A DNA stretch of 64,000 nucleotides, taken from the NCBI RefSeq assembly GCF_000143415.4, contig NW_003314331.1, forward strand, positions 168,244 through 232,243, read 5' to 3'. This document shows, one piece after another, positions 10,406 to 23,142 of this stretch. A model generated the notes under the pieces. That model was not told the DNA's origin and made no database searches. It saw only the letters and a program-made list of their open reading frames with translations. This stretch comes from Selaginella moellendorffii (lineage: Eukaryota; Plantae; Lycopodiophyta). The stretch's first letter is position 1, and each line of letters starts with the position of its first letter. A program made the translations under genes and the position numbers.

Positions 10406-13358
10406 ATGGAATCATCCCATTCATTCAATAGCTACAGCCTCCTTATCTCTTCCTTGCTCTTGGCACTCTTCTTTTCATGCATTGCAACTCAATGTTCAGA
10501 TGATCCAAAGGTGTACATTGTGTACATGGGTGCTGCTGATGAGCATCACAGCCACTTGCTGTCTAGCCACCACGCACAAATGCTCGCATCTGTCTCCAAC
10601 AGGTGAAATCAGTCACAATGCATCCAAATGCCCAGCATATAAAATATCTATAGATTCTATAGCTGTTTGTGTTCTTTTGTGTTCTAATTATTATTTGCTT
10701 TTTTGTATTGTGCTGTGGCAGGAGTGTGGAATCAGCTATGGAAACTATTGTCCACAGCTACACCCGAGCCATCAATGGCTTTGCCGCAAAGATGCTCCCC
10801 AGTCAAGCATCTATGCTACAACGTAAATTCCACCACTTTCTCTGCTGTTTCATAACACATACATACACTGAAATTTCACATTTCATATGGTTTTCTCCAT
10901 GAACTATATAGAGATGCCGGGCGTGGTTTCCGTGTTTGAGGACTACACAGTATCCCTCCAGACAACCCGTTCTATAAACTTCATAGGGCTGGAGGACGCA
11001 TCCGGAAACACCGCAGCAAACTCGCTATGGAAGAAAACAATGGGCGAAAACATGATAATTGGCGTACTGGACTCGGGTATATGCCAATCCCCGATTCGAA
11101 TCTTTCTTTAAATCTCCCGCATTTTCTTCTAGGTGTCTGGCCAGAGTCGGCGAGCTTCAGCGACGCCGGGCTGCCGGCTTCCCTTCCTGCGAAGTGGCAC
11201 GGCAGCTGTGCGTCGAGCGCTTCCTTCACATGCAACAGGTAACGCGGATTAGATCTCTCGATCGATCGTTTCATCGAGTCGACGTAGGGATTGCTTCTTT
11301 TGTATTGCTGCTGAAGATTTCGCTGATGGCGCTTGCAGGAAAGTAATTGGCGCGCGGTACTATGGCTTTTCCGGCGGCAGACCCCTGAATCCTCGCGATG
11401 AAACTGGGCATGGATCTCATGTCTCCTCCATAGCAGCGGGAGCTCGTGTGCCGGGCGTTGACGACTTAGGGCTCGCCAGAGGCACCGCAAAGGGCGTCGC
11501 GCCCCAGGCTCGAATTGCCGTGTACAAGATCTGCTGGGCGGTGAAGTGCGCGGGAGCCGATGTTCTCAAGGGCTGGGACGATGCGATTGGCGATGGCGTG
11601 GACGTGATCAATTACTCGGTGGGAAGCTCAAATAGTCCCTACTGGTCTGACGTTGCCTCCATCGGTGGCTTCCATGCCGTGCGGAAAGGGGTCGTGGTGG
11701 TCGCAGCTGCTGCAAATGGTGGCATCGGTTGTGTTGTACAGAACACTGCGCCGTGGGTGACGACGGTCGCTGCGAGCACGATCGATCGACGCTTCCCGAG
11801 TAACGTCGTCCTGGGAGATGGTTCATTATACCAAGTAAGTTCTCTCCGCGAATTTTTCTTTCTTTTGCTCACTTCTTGTTCAGGGATCAAGCATCAACAA
11901 TTTTAGTCTCGGCAATAGTTTCTATCCTCTGGTGAATGGAAGGGACATCCCTGCGCCCACGACATCACCCGAAAGGCAAGCTTGTATTGTTACTCTTTCT
12001 TGCTTGACTGGTTTTTCTCTTTCTCTCGTTGTGCAGTGCTATGGGCTGCTCGCCTGGAGCTCTTGATCCTGCCAAAGCCCAGGGAAAGATAGTTCTTTGC
12101 GGCCCTCCATCCGTGGATTTCAAAGATATCGCTGATGGATTGAAGGCTATTGGTGCAGTTGGGTTTATTATGGGAAACGATGCAGATGGCAAGGAGAGAT
12201 TGCTGTCACTCAGATTCACGATGCCTGCTACTGAAGTTGGAAACACAGCTGCAAATTCTATTTCTTCCTACATCAAGTCAAGCAGGTAAATAAGTTTTGC
12301 TTTGAAAATTCGATTACTCGATCACGAGGTCTCTTGTAGGAATCCAACCGCAAAGATTATACCGCCAACAACAGTGATTAATCAGAAGCCATCGCCCATG
12401 ATGGGAATCTTCTCTTGTAAAGGTCCCAACCCTGTTGTCTCAGACATTCTCAAGGTCTGTGCCATGCAGATTGTATATGTTCAGTGATTAACGGTGTTTG
12501 TGCGAGTGGAAAAACAGCCAGACGTAACAGCTCCAGGCGTGGACATCCTTGCCGCATGGTCAGAAGCAGCTGATAAGCCACCTCTCAAGTATAAGTTCGC
12601 CAGTGGAACATCAATGGCCAGTCCCCATGTTGCAGGCTTAAGCACACTTCTCAAATCCTTGCATTCTGATTGGAGTCCAGCAGCGATCAAGTCTGCGATC
12701 ATGACCACAGGTATCTTAAAAGCTGCCGAGATTTTTTAGCATTGTAAACTTACAGTTCTAATCCATCACCACAGCTTACACGCAAGACAACACCGGGAAG
12801 ACAATTCTCGACGGTGACTATGACGTCGCTGGTCCCTTCAACTATGGATCAGGACACATCAATCCGGTTGCAGCAGCGGATCCGGGGCTTGTTTACGATG
12901 CAGGAAAGCAGGACTACGTCGCTTTCTTGTGCAACATTGGCTTCTCGGCAGGACAGATCCAAGCTATGACTGGAGAACCTGGTAACTGTCCTGCCACCAG
13001 AGGCCGAGGCAGCGACTTAAACTACCCGTCAGTGACGCTCACCAATCTGGCCAGAGGGGCAGCAGTGACGAGAACTCTCACCAGTGTCAGCGATTCGCCA
13101 AGCACGTATAGCATTGGTATAACTCCACCGAGCGGGATCAGTGTTACTGCCAATCCAACGAGCTTGACGTTCAGCAAGAAGGGGGAACAAAAGACGTTCA
13201 CGCTCAACTTCGTTGTGAACTATGATTTCCTGCCTCGACAGTACGTGTATGGTGAGTATGTGTGGTATGACAACACGCACACTGTTCGCAGCCCGATTGT
13301 GGTCAATGCGGTGAGTCGCCTTGCAATCGGGGAAGAGAAATTGGTTTCTGAGATTTAA
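10406..13358 (+). CDS. Subtilisin-like serine protease (S8A subtilase: signal peptide, I9 prodomain, PA and Fn3-like domains), multi-exon
   Basis: Catalytic triad motifs [14 protein letters not shown] and [12 protein letters not shown] are present, along with [37 protein letters not shown] and DLNYPS. Short introns. An alternative last exon (intron 13311-13397) would end at 13439. Confidence 0.92.
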
Positions 13359-13789
13359 CGGAAGGTATCATGGTACTACTATATTTTCATGCTACAGGGA
13401 ACAAAGGAAGTAATAAACATGATACGTATCAAATACTAAGCATAATGTTCCTTCAAACGGAAAAAGACTTTGAAGAACGGCAGAGAGGCTTTAAAAATTC
13501 TTTAAAGTCACAAAAAAATCGGAGCTGAGTTTTGAGATGTCAAAACCATTCTGCCAAAACTTACCAGGCCTCAATCGAAAGAGTGGAAGTTTTTCTCTCT
13601 GGCAGCGATTTTGACATGTCACTCAAAGCGGGATGTAATTCAGGACGATGCATGAGCTTTACATTTTCAAATTCCACTTCCCCATTCTCTGGCCTCTTGG
13701 AAACATGTGGTTCTTGTTTGTTTGTCACCAACTTCTACATAGATCATTATGTACCGTTGTAAAAACTATACATGTGGCATGTCATCCAG

Positions 13790-15440
13790 GTTAGGGTTTG
13801 TGCGATGGCGCTTTGGCGCGATCGATGGCGCGCTGTGGTGCTGGTGATGGCTGGAATGCGCATTCCTGATTGCATCGCGCTCGTCCTCTCGTTGGTATTG
13901 GATCTTTCTGCTGCTGTTGCTAATCGATTTTGGTACTAGGGAGCTCTCGGATCGGATTATCTGGATGTGATGTCGATTGCTAGGTAAGTTCCTCATGCCC
14001 TCAATCTCTCTAGGATTGCATGGAGTCAGTCTTGTGTGTGATGATTGTCGATCAATGCGTGCTTTTCCTTGCCTGTATTCTTCTTTTTCTTCGCATTCTT
14101 TGCCTCGGTTTGAGTTGAGGCTCGAGAAAGAGAGAGAGAGTTTTAAGAGAGTTCTTCTTGCCTTGATATATGATAGTGATTATCCAAATTCTCCAGTTGC
14201 TGAAGAGGTTAAAGTTTCGCTCACTCAATTAGTGATTTACATTCTAGTTGCAATGGTGCGAGGCAAGATGAGCAAACCTGGCAGCAATGGTGGCATCCAC
14301 ACCCATGCATGCCGATAATCCACTTTTCTCCTTGACGATTTGCTACTTGATCAAGGCTTTGGAAGCTAGCTAAGCTTTGGTTTCTTTCTCAGTGTACGCA
14401 ATGTGTATTTGGACGAGCATGGCATTTAGCTACCTTGGAAGGAGTTTTGACAACGCCCTGAGATTGCTATCCGAGTCACTCTTGCTCTTAGCATGACTCG
14501 CTGGAAGTTCCTGGCTCTCACTGTAAGTTTTCTCTTGAGTTTTCCAGGCTCTTTTTGTTTTTTAGTGCTAGTGGAGATGCTGTACATGCGCCAGCAGCTC
14601 AACGCCATCTCCTGTGACATTGTTCGCCATTGGTATCAGATAGCTAACTTTACTCCCTTTTTTCTGCAGTTCTTGGTTGATGATCCATGGCAGCTTGTTT
14701 CTTTGGTGCAGAATTTATTGTCTCTCAAGGAAGGCTGAGATGCTGAAGTAAAGAAGGCATACCCGAGCAAAGGAGTCATTCCAGCCCGACTTTGATCCGG
14801 TAATGTTGCAGAACTATGACAAGCGTCTGTGATAGATGGTTTCCTGCATCCTCATGTTCTAGCAGCACAGTCGAATGCCTTTGCTGTCGGAGATGATGGA
14901 AGAAGAAGAGCCCGAGAAGGCCGAGCTTGAGAACAAACTCGTGAAGACTAGGAAAGTAAGTTCCTCTTGTGGAACTAGAGTTTGTTCTCTTTTCTCTCGT
15001 GGAACTATACTAAATCTCTCTCTTTGTCACAGCCACATCTACATGAATTGCAACACCAGCATGCATTGAGGAGAGATGTGGCCTCAACACCAAAGCCAAG
15101 GAAGCTCGGATAAACACCAAGTCTAACAGCGCTCAAGCCGGATTGACAGAAAGCAGTGGAGCTGCCAGGTACCATCAGCCTCAGTAGTGAAGCACTTCTC
15201 ATGGCTCTAGCTTGCGGCTTCATCAACATGTAGTTCTTGAGAGGTACCTCTTTTCACTCTTCCTCGAAAATCCTTTCATAGTTGTGCTGATCCGTCACTT
15301 CCTTTTCTACAGGAACGCCTCTCTCAGTCTTTCCCAGAACAGATCAACCGAGCAGGCACTTGCCCAGCACCGCCAGCACCGCACCCCACCCAGCTGCCAG
15401 CCGCCAGCGCAGCACCGCAGCTCCATGCCGCCCCCGGATT
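13790..15440 (+). pseudogene. Decayed multi-exon gene or TE-borne ORF of unknown identity
   Basis: Telo-box followed by ATG and several gtaag/gtacc...cag intron-like segments. Exon-like pieces (MEEEEPEKAELENKLVKTRK; Pro/Ala-rich end) carry in-frame stops. No family recognised. Confidence 0.3.
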
Positions 15441-15449
15441 AACAAGTCG

Positions 15450-18400
15450 AATTATAAGTTTAATTATAAGTCTAATTGTATTTGACTTAGCACAACTTCA
15501 ATTATAACTCTCATTTTGAGCCAAAAAAGCTCCGTGTGATTATCCTAAGATTACTATGACATAGCCTTAGCTAGCATGAAACCATATACACACCATCTTA
15601 ATCAGCACCCCTAATTACCTCTCACTCATACTAGATTTATTATAAAATCTTCTAGCATGCTTGTTTTCAGTATAAGCTGTATATCATATTGCAGCACCGA
15701 TGTCTAAGTTGCCATCTTGGAAGTGCCACCCAGCTACAAACTTCCTTTGCAAGCAAGGCAACACTGTACCACAGAAACTACCTTAATCTCCACCACCATT
15801 AGTCTTGCACAAGATGGGCTCTTGCTACCTTTGCCTCTAATCATGATAGTGTGTGTGGATGCTACCAAATTTTGATCTTGATCAAGCAAGGGAGAGAGGT
15901 TAACAATTGTTCCCTACCAACTAGGCACCCATGACCCCCCAAAAACATGTATAATATAGAACTTCAGATAACTTAGTTGCTTTAACTGATAGCACATTCT
16001 TTTGTGCCACAGGGACCAAGAGTGATAAGAAAATCAATTTATGTTGTGGTCTCATGCCTCTAGTTCGCCATTGCAAGACCCCCAAAAAGATGTATTATTA
16101 TTTCTTTAAGTGTTTAATATTGTGCTATGTTAGAATACGTTTTTCTCCTTTAAATCTCAAAAACCAGGTTTCTTCCCTACTTACACAGCGACTCACCACA
16201 ATGTGAATGTTACTAATGCAATAATACTGATCCCTATCGAGCTATACCAATCCTGTACATGCTTAGTGAATCACTAACACTAGCGAGAGTTTTCATCACT
16301 ATTCCAGATTGGTGAGTGTCACTGATAGATAGTTTAGGTTGGTTCCTTAGTCTCTAATGGCAGGACATGTCTCGGGTTTCTAATGCCCTACCAAGCCAAT
16401 GTTGCATAAGAAAGTGTTATATTCCTTCTCTTCTGTGGCATAAACAAGCCCAGGTTGATGTGTTTACCTAGTGATTATATAGTTCTTAAACAATATACTT
16501 CAGTAGAGATTTAAATTAGGAGTTTCCCATCTACTTGCTTCAAGCACTCAAGAAATCTCTATAAATCCAAGCATAATATAACCCTTATATAGAATATCCT
16601 CACTCTAAGAATATTCTGGAATCTTACTCTCGCCTGGCAAAAAAAAACCATGACCTACAACTGTAAAAACTTGTGGCCAAAAAGTGAAAGCAAATGCCCA
16701 ATAGAAGTAATTGGAGAAGGAAGAATAAAAGTAAAAAGGATAAAGGTGTGAAGTTTGAAGACGGAGGAGAAAATTTAATAATCAAATTAAACCCAAGATT
16801 CAAGAAGAAAAACAAGAGAAAAGTGAGAAAAAGAGAAGAACAACTAAGTAAACACAAAAGAAAGAAAAGAAAAACCAAGGTCTAGTGAAGAGATTTAGAT
16901 CTAAATTACACTCTCCAAAGTTCTCAAACCTTTAAAAGTACCAAAATCTCCTTAAAGCTTTGAATAGTGGTAAGTGCAAAAAGTGGGAGGATATAAAAAA
17001 TAGATGGAAAGGAAAGTGCCTCAAGGTGCTTGATCAAAAAGAATGTTAGCCACAAGGTGAGATAAAGAGCTCTCCAAAAAATGCCAACTGGATTGTATCA
17101 AAAGCTAGAAGTCTACAACAATATGCAGTGCAAGTTGGCAAATCTCTAATCTTCATCTATAGAACTGCTGTTAATTGGGAAAGCATGCCTAAAACAGATC
17201 TAGATGCCTTTTGCACTAGGCCCAACCAATCATTAAAAGACTTTGCTTCACTACTATAAGTATCAAAATATGGATAGAATTGTTGCTAGAACGTGGAGAA
17301 GAAAGAGATTCTCCTACTGAAACTTGGCTGAACGGTGGAGGCTGTCTCTGTAAAGACTCTGTGCCTATAAACCATTGTGTCAAGCTAAACTGTGGTACCT
17401 AATGAAAAGATGGAAAAGGCAACTACTGGACAGATGGGCAATGGTGTAAGATGTAAAGCCCAAGGGGAATCAGAACTTCGGAAAACTTGAGCTTCTGGAC
17501 AAATAAAATCAATACCACCTCAAGAGCTACAACCCAAGCAAGAGGCTATTTCTAATGAACTTGTGACCTGGTGAAGAAAGAAAGAACAAAGATTGAAGTT
17601 GGGAGTTCAAAGTTGTTGTAAGTGTCCTATAGGTGTCCTAGGAACCTGCACCACTATCCCAAAAGTTGAATTGAGTGCAGTTGGATGATGAACCAAGGCG
17701 CTGATGAGAAGCTGAAGATGTCCTAAATGCATGAAGTGGTGTCTCCCCCGAAAGGTATATTACACACTAGCACGTCGAGATCACAAAGCTGGAGGAAACG
17801 TGCTCCACCTATTGTGCTGAGTAGAAGACAAGTGCCTATGTGCTCTCTAAGAGCTGGGAGTCTCACTAAGCAAGCACTGAAGGTGTGAACAGATCCTAGG
17901 ATTCTTGTGTCCACCACCTTAGTCACTAAGCGGATAAATTGCTTTAAACAAGGCCTGAATATTGCTCCAAGTTGGAATAGAAAAACTTGCTGGAACCTTG
18001 TGGCATCCCTAGCTTTGTGAGCCCAAAACTCACATGCAACACATCCAAAGTCTCTGCTAATGGATGAAGAATGTCAAGAGGAGAGTCTCTTGAGAGTCAC
18101 CATGAAGAGCTAGTGCAAAAAGCATAGGCAAAAAACTCTCCCCTTGTGATGGAAGCTCAAAAGTGTCCATATGTTAGTAAACAAGAGAACATAGGAGCAC
18201 CAAAGCTGGCCTTAAGTGAAAACTCATTTGCAGTGCCAAATGCCTAGCAATAAAAGAAGATCATTGACTTCAAGAGAAAATAGTGTGCATCTGGCCTAGG
18301 GATCATCATAAAGTCTAGTATGAACACAACCTCAAATAAAAAGGTCATAGTCTCAAAAGAACTCTGGGTGGCATGACCTCCACATGAGTACTCTAAAGCT

Positions 18401-18498
18401 CTTCTACTGGCTATAGAAGAAAAATCATGCCTAGGTCAGTTGTTGTCTCCAAATCCTTTATAGTAGGCAATTGGGGAATCTACCAAATCTTTGGTATA
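15450..18498. mobile_element. Probable old, degenerate transposable-element remnant
   Basis: CpG-poor and stop-ridden, with a Lys-rich stretch at 16690-16885. Ends in tggtataagc, which resembles a tRNA-Met primer-binding site. No intact domain recognised. Confidence 0.35.
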
Positions 18499-18836
18499 AG
18501 CTCGGCCTCATCCTGCTCCTGCTCCTCTCGCTGCATCACGATTCTCGCACATCTTCTTCTCTGAAACAGCAAGATTTCAGCTCGCGAGCCAGAGATCGAG
18601 AGAGAAAGAGAGAATCTTTGCCAAGATTTCGAGTGTGAGGGAGAGATTGAGAGTGAGGGAGAGATATTTCGGGAGAGATTGCACGAAATTTCACCTTGCG
18701 CAGCTTGAGCCTTGGCCCTTTCCTTGTCCTGGCGCTGCCGTTGGGATTCACTGATCCCGCGACGTTCCTTCCTCGGCATTCTCCTCTTCCCCTTCTTCTC
18801 GTTGTCGGCTGCCCTCGTCGAGCTTTTGCCCGCCAT
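18499..18836 (-). pseudogene. 5' exons of an unidentified gene divergent from the coiled-coil gene, 3'-truncated
   Basis: MAGKSSTRAADNEKKGKRRMPRKERRG... followed by an intron-like segment ending tttcag. Also at ~30025-30362 and ~41554-41891, truncated at the same point in all copies. Confidence 0.45.
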
Positions 18837-19217
18837 CGCACTTCCTCCACACAAAAAACCCTCGCAACGAAGCAATGAAGAAGAAACGAATATTCATGTT
18901 TTTAAATTTATTCCCGCCCTCGCATACAAGATCCTAGCCGACCACGTGGCAAGGCGAGCGATGATGCCACAGTTCAAATGAATTACCATGCCAGCCGAGC
19001 ATTACCATGGCGTTCTTTCTTTTTAATTTGACGGCGTAAGCTCTGGTGACTGCCCCGCATACACGATCGTCGCCGACCACGTGGCGAGGCCATGGTGGCC
19101 GTGGCAGCAGACCATTTCCAGGTTTAACGACTAACTGCTATAACATTGTCACGCGAACAGAGTGGCGGCAGCTCCGGCGGCGCAATGCTCTCGGGGTAGC
19201 GCGAGCATGATCCAACC

Positions 19218-20450
19218 ATGGAAGCTCTCAATGGCGTCAAGAAGAGGCATTTCAGGGTAGAGGGTTTCCAGTGGCCCTTCTCGCGCGTGGCTATGGAGTG
19301 GAGGCCTGGCGCCGGCACCGCCAAGCGCAAGAAGATCTCCAGCGACATCAATGTCGCCACTCCTCCTCCTCCTCCTTTACTTCCTCACCCTTCCTCACTC
19401 CTCTCCCTCCGGCAGCTCAATCACTCACCACCACCGCACGATCCAAACTTTCTCCGCGCGCTCCAGGCCAATGCTCTTCGGACAATGTCGGTGAATGGGA
19501 AGGGCTTCCTATCGAATCCTTGGTCGAACAGGGCAGCTTGGTCCAGGGTCCAGAGCACGCTCGGGTCGAAGAAGGATCACGGTGGGGATTTGATGAACAA
19601 GAAGAGGCAGCTGGAGCTGTGGGACTTGGCGGGGTTCTCTCGTGAGAAGTTAAAGCTTCTCAATGAGATTGAGGTGCTCATCGACTCGGAGGAGAATGCT
19701 TTGAACATGGAAGCTTCTGCTAAGGTTGGTCGATGGCTCCTTCTTTCTTGAGTTTAGACCATCGTTTTATTTCTTCTTTCTTCTTTATAGGCCGCGGAAG
19801 GACGTCTTCGAAGCTTGCTGGATATCTGCGTATGCTCTCAATGCCAGGAGAATATAGAGAACAGGATAGCTCTACAAAGCGTGAGAACCAAAGGTTTGGA
19901 CGATGGCAAGGTTATTTCAGCAAGAACGAATGTAGCGACTGCAAAGCAAGAGGATCAGACAGCACCAGCGCTGGAAGGTCCCAAAACCACGAAGGTGACA
20001 CTTAGATATAGTTTTCTAGGTCGGAAGTATTGATTTGGTTGCGTGTTCTCAGCTTCCAGAATCTCTCGAAAAGGAAAGAGAGAAGGAGAGGCGCTTCTTT
20101 CTTGGAAATGTGAAAGAAGCCATGGAGCGTGACCGGGTTGCGCTTGACAACTTTCTGCAGAAGCAGAGGCTCAAGCATGAAGTGTCTAAGCAGAAACTTG
20201 GCGAGGTGAAGGGGAGCTTTCTTGGGAAGTATCTGAGCTTTCTTGACAACTCACTGGACGATGCTCTCCAAAAGGACGATTTAAGCGACAAGCACGACCA
20301 GGTTTTCAAGTCTTTTACGTGTTGCTTTATTTGATCTCGAGGTCTCACTTTAGATTTCCTGTGTTAGGATTCAGAAGGTTTGGAGGATCCTTCCAAACTT
20401 CGCAAGGATCAAACTCCTGAGCTGGAACGATCTTCTGAAAAGTCAGATGA
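19218..20450 (+). pseudogene. 5'-partial duplicate of the coiled-coil gene at 42262
   Basis: Nearly identical to 42262-43494, including promoter and introns, then breaks off. Confidence 0.85.
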
Positions 20451-21335
20451 AGTAACCGCGCGAACTTAACTTAGCTTTGCTGGCGCCGCCTTGTCTAGAC
20501 ACTAGAAAACGGAGGACATGCCTCGTAGTGAACTGAAGCCAATCCGGCAGCCAGATTGCGAGAAGGCTGGTAGACCGCTTAAACCGAATCGCCACGAGGA
20601 GTTTGCGGGAACCAAGGCTTAAGCACTTCCATAGGAGTTCTTGACAGAGAGATCAGGTGTCATGCTGCCAGGCTGCTAGGATTGTCTTCCAGACAACCTC
20701 TACACCCAAGACGTTTGATCGGCTTGGATCGAACGTAACAAGAAGAATACTCCAGGATTTTATGTGATCCAACACCTCCAGATGGTCAATGTGATCTTTC
20801 TTTCAGTAAGATATTTTTCTTCACTGGCTAGACTAGGCTCTCGCAACAATGGGGCGATCCGATGCTCGAAGAGGCTGACCGACGCAAATCCGCCGCCCCT
20901 ATCTTCCATCGGATTAAGCTCTCTGTGCGACCGACGATGAGAATGGGAGCTCGAGAATGAGTCCAGTGTCAAGGTACGAGCTTGACCCCAGGGCAAGCTT
21001 TTCTACAATCGCGTTGGAACCTTCGTTCGAGAAAAATCTCGAGGTATGGAGACAGAGCAATTTCACCGCTAACTAAGGTTTGCGCCTAGATCAAACTATT
21101 CATAGCAAGCTCTTGTATGATTCCAGATCAAGTCCAATCTCGCCGAGAAACATTGACGAACTGCCGAGTTTTCTGTATCTCCGGAAGTTTACGAGGCAAA
21201 CAGTTTTGTTTTAAATTTCAAATGAACGAATATACTTCGACTTGAGATGGCGGCGGGACATTTCCAGGTTTAACAACTAACTGCGAGTGGCAGCAGCTCC
21301 GGCAGCCTCGGTGGTAGCGCGAGCATGATCCGGCC

Positions 21336-22066
21336 ATGGAAGCTCTCAATGGCGTCAAGAAGAGGCATTTCAGGGCAGAGGCTTTCCAGTGGCCCTTCTC
21401 GACCAAGCGCAAGAAGATCTCCAGGGACATCAATGTCGCTACTCCTTCTCCTCCTCCTTTACCTCCTCACCCTTCCTCACTCCTCCTCCCTTGCCCCCGG
21501 TACCAAACTTTCTCCGTGCGCTCCAGGCTAATGCTCTTCGGACAATGTCGGTGAATGGGAAGGGCTTCCTATCGAATCCTTGGTCGAACAGGGCAGCTTG
21601 GTCCAGGGTCCAGAGCACGCTCGGGTCGAAGAAGGATCATGGTGGGGATTTGATGAACAAGAAGAGGCAGCTGGAGCTGTGGGACTTCGTGGGGTTCTCT
21701 CGTGAGAAGTTAAAGCTTCTCAATGAGATTGAGGCGCTCATCGACTCGGAGGAGAATGCTTTGAACATGGAAGCTTCTGCTAAGGTTGGTTGAAGGCTCC
21801 TTCTTTCTTGAGTTTAGACCATCGTTTTATTTCTTCTTTCTTCTTTATAGGCCGCGGAAGGACGTCTTCGAAGCTTGCTGGATATCTGCGTATGCTCTCA
21901 ATGCCAGGAGAATATAGAGAACAGGATAGCTCTACCGAAAAGTAAAGAGAGAAGGAGAGGCGCTTCGTTCTGGGAAATGTGAAAGAAGCTATGGAGCGTG
22001 ACCGGGTTGCACTTGACAACTTTCTGCAGAAGCAGAGGCTCAAGCATGAAGCGTCTAAGCAGAAAC
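21336..22066 (+). pseudogene. Second, internally deleted and frameshifted 5' copy of the coiled-coil gene
   Basis: MEALNGVKKRHFRAEAFQWPFS with several deletions relative to 42262-43240. Fused at the 3' end to a weak PPR-like remnant. Repeated at 32932-33662. Confidence 0.8.
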
Positions 22067-22444
22067 TTAAACCCGAGAGGCTATTCGCGACGTATACGAA
22101 TCGTGGCCAGAGCAAGCTGGTGGACTCGAGGAGCTTTGAGCGACGTTGGAACACGATCGAGGCATATCCCGGAATGATCATCATGGAGGCGCTTGAAAAT
22201 TTTTGGAGCTCGTGCCCGAGTGTAACGGACTAATTTTTCCGATGCCAGAGAAAGATTGCATGTACTGGTGGTTTCTTAAGGTAAATTAGGGTACGTTCTT
22301 TGAATGCTGCGTGCTGCCAACCAACAATTGGAAAACTCGAGAAAGTTCTTTATTGCTATTCTCCTCGTATGGTGGAACCATGTGTAAGTTGTTGACTAGC
22401 AAAAGCCCTGCTGGTGAAATCCATAAAATTTGTAAGTTTAGGGT

Positions 22445-23142
22445 TTGATAGCAAAAGGCTTGAAAGATGAGAAGTTGGTGGATGAGTTTAATATTACTAT
22501 TAACAGTAACTCAAAGTTTATGAGTGAAGTTATGAGAACTTTGACTGTATTACTAATGATTCTTGATTATAATATAATTTTGGGTTCACTTTGGATACAT
22601 AAACACTACTTAGAGTTAGACTGCAGTGGCATAATAAATACTTTAACATTTGAGGACTACATATTGCCTCATGGGTGATTGCAACTTATCTAAGTCTAGA
22701 AAATACAAGAGAATAAATCAACATATACATGCTGTGGGAGAATCAATGATCAGAAAATCAGAATTGAAATAGATAATGGTTGTGCAAGTTCTGGAATACT
22801 TATCGGGAAACTCGGGGTTAAAGTAGTTCACGATTCCAAGTATTTTGCAGAAAGACTAACTCCATAAGTTCAAATGAAAGTTATGGAATTGGTATGTTAT
22901 AATTAAACTTTTTAGAAAGAAGAAATTTTATTGGTCTAGAAGATTATAGAGAAACCATATTTCTTGGGATTGACTGGCTTCATAATCACTCAGCAATAAT
23001 TAACTACAGGAATCATATTGTTACTTTTATATCCAAAGAGTTGGATTGTTGGTATAGATTTCAATACCCATCTGGTATATATGAAGCAAGTAAAGATAGA
23101 TTTGGCAAAGAGATGAGTAGTTTGTGTTGGTGCTCATTTTGA
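22445..23142 (+). pseudogene. Decayed inverted retropepsin paralog (unit 2)
   Basis: EKLVDEFNITINSNSKFM...ILDYNIILGSLW, ending LCWCSF*. Near-identical to 151-843. Confidence 0.8.
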
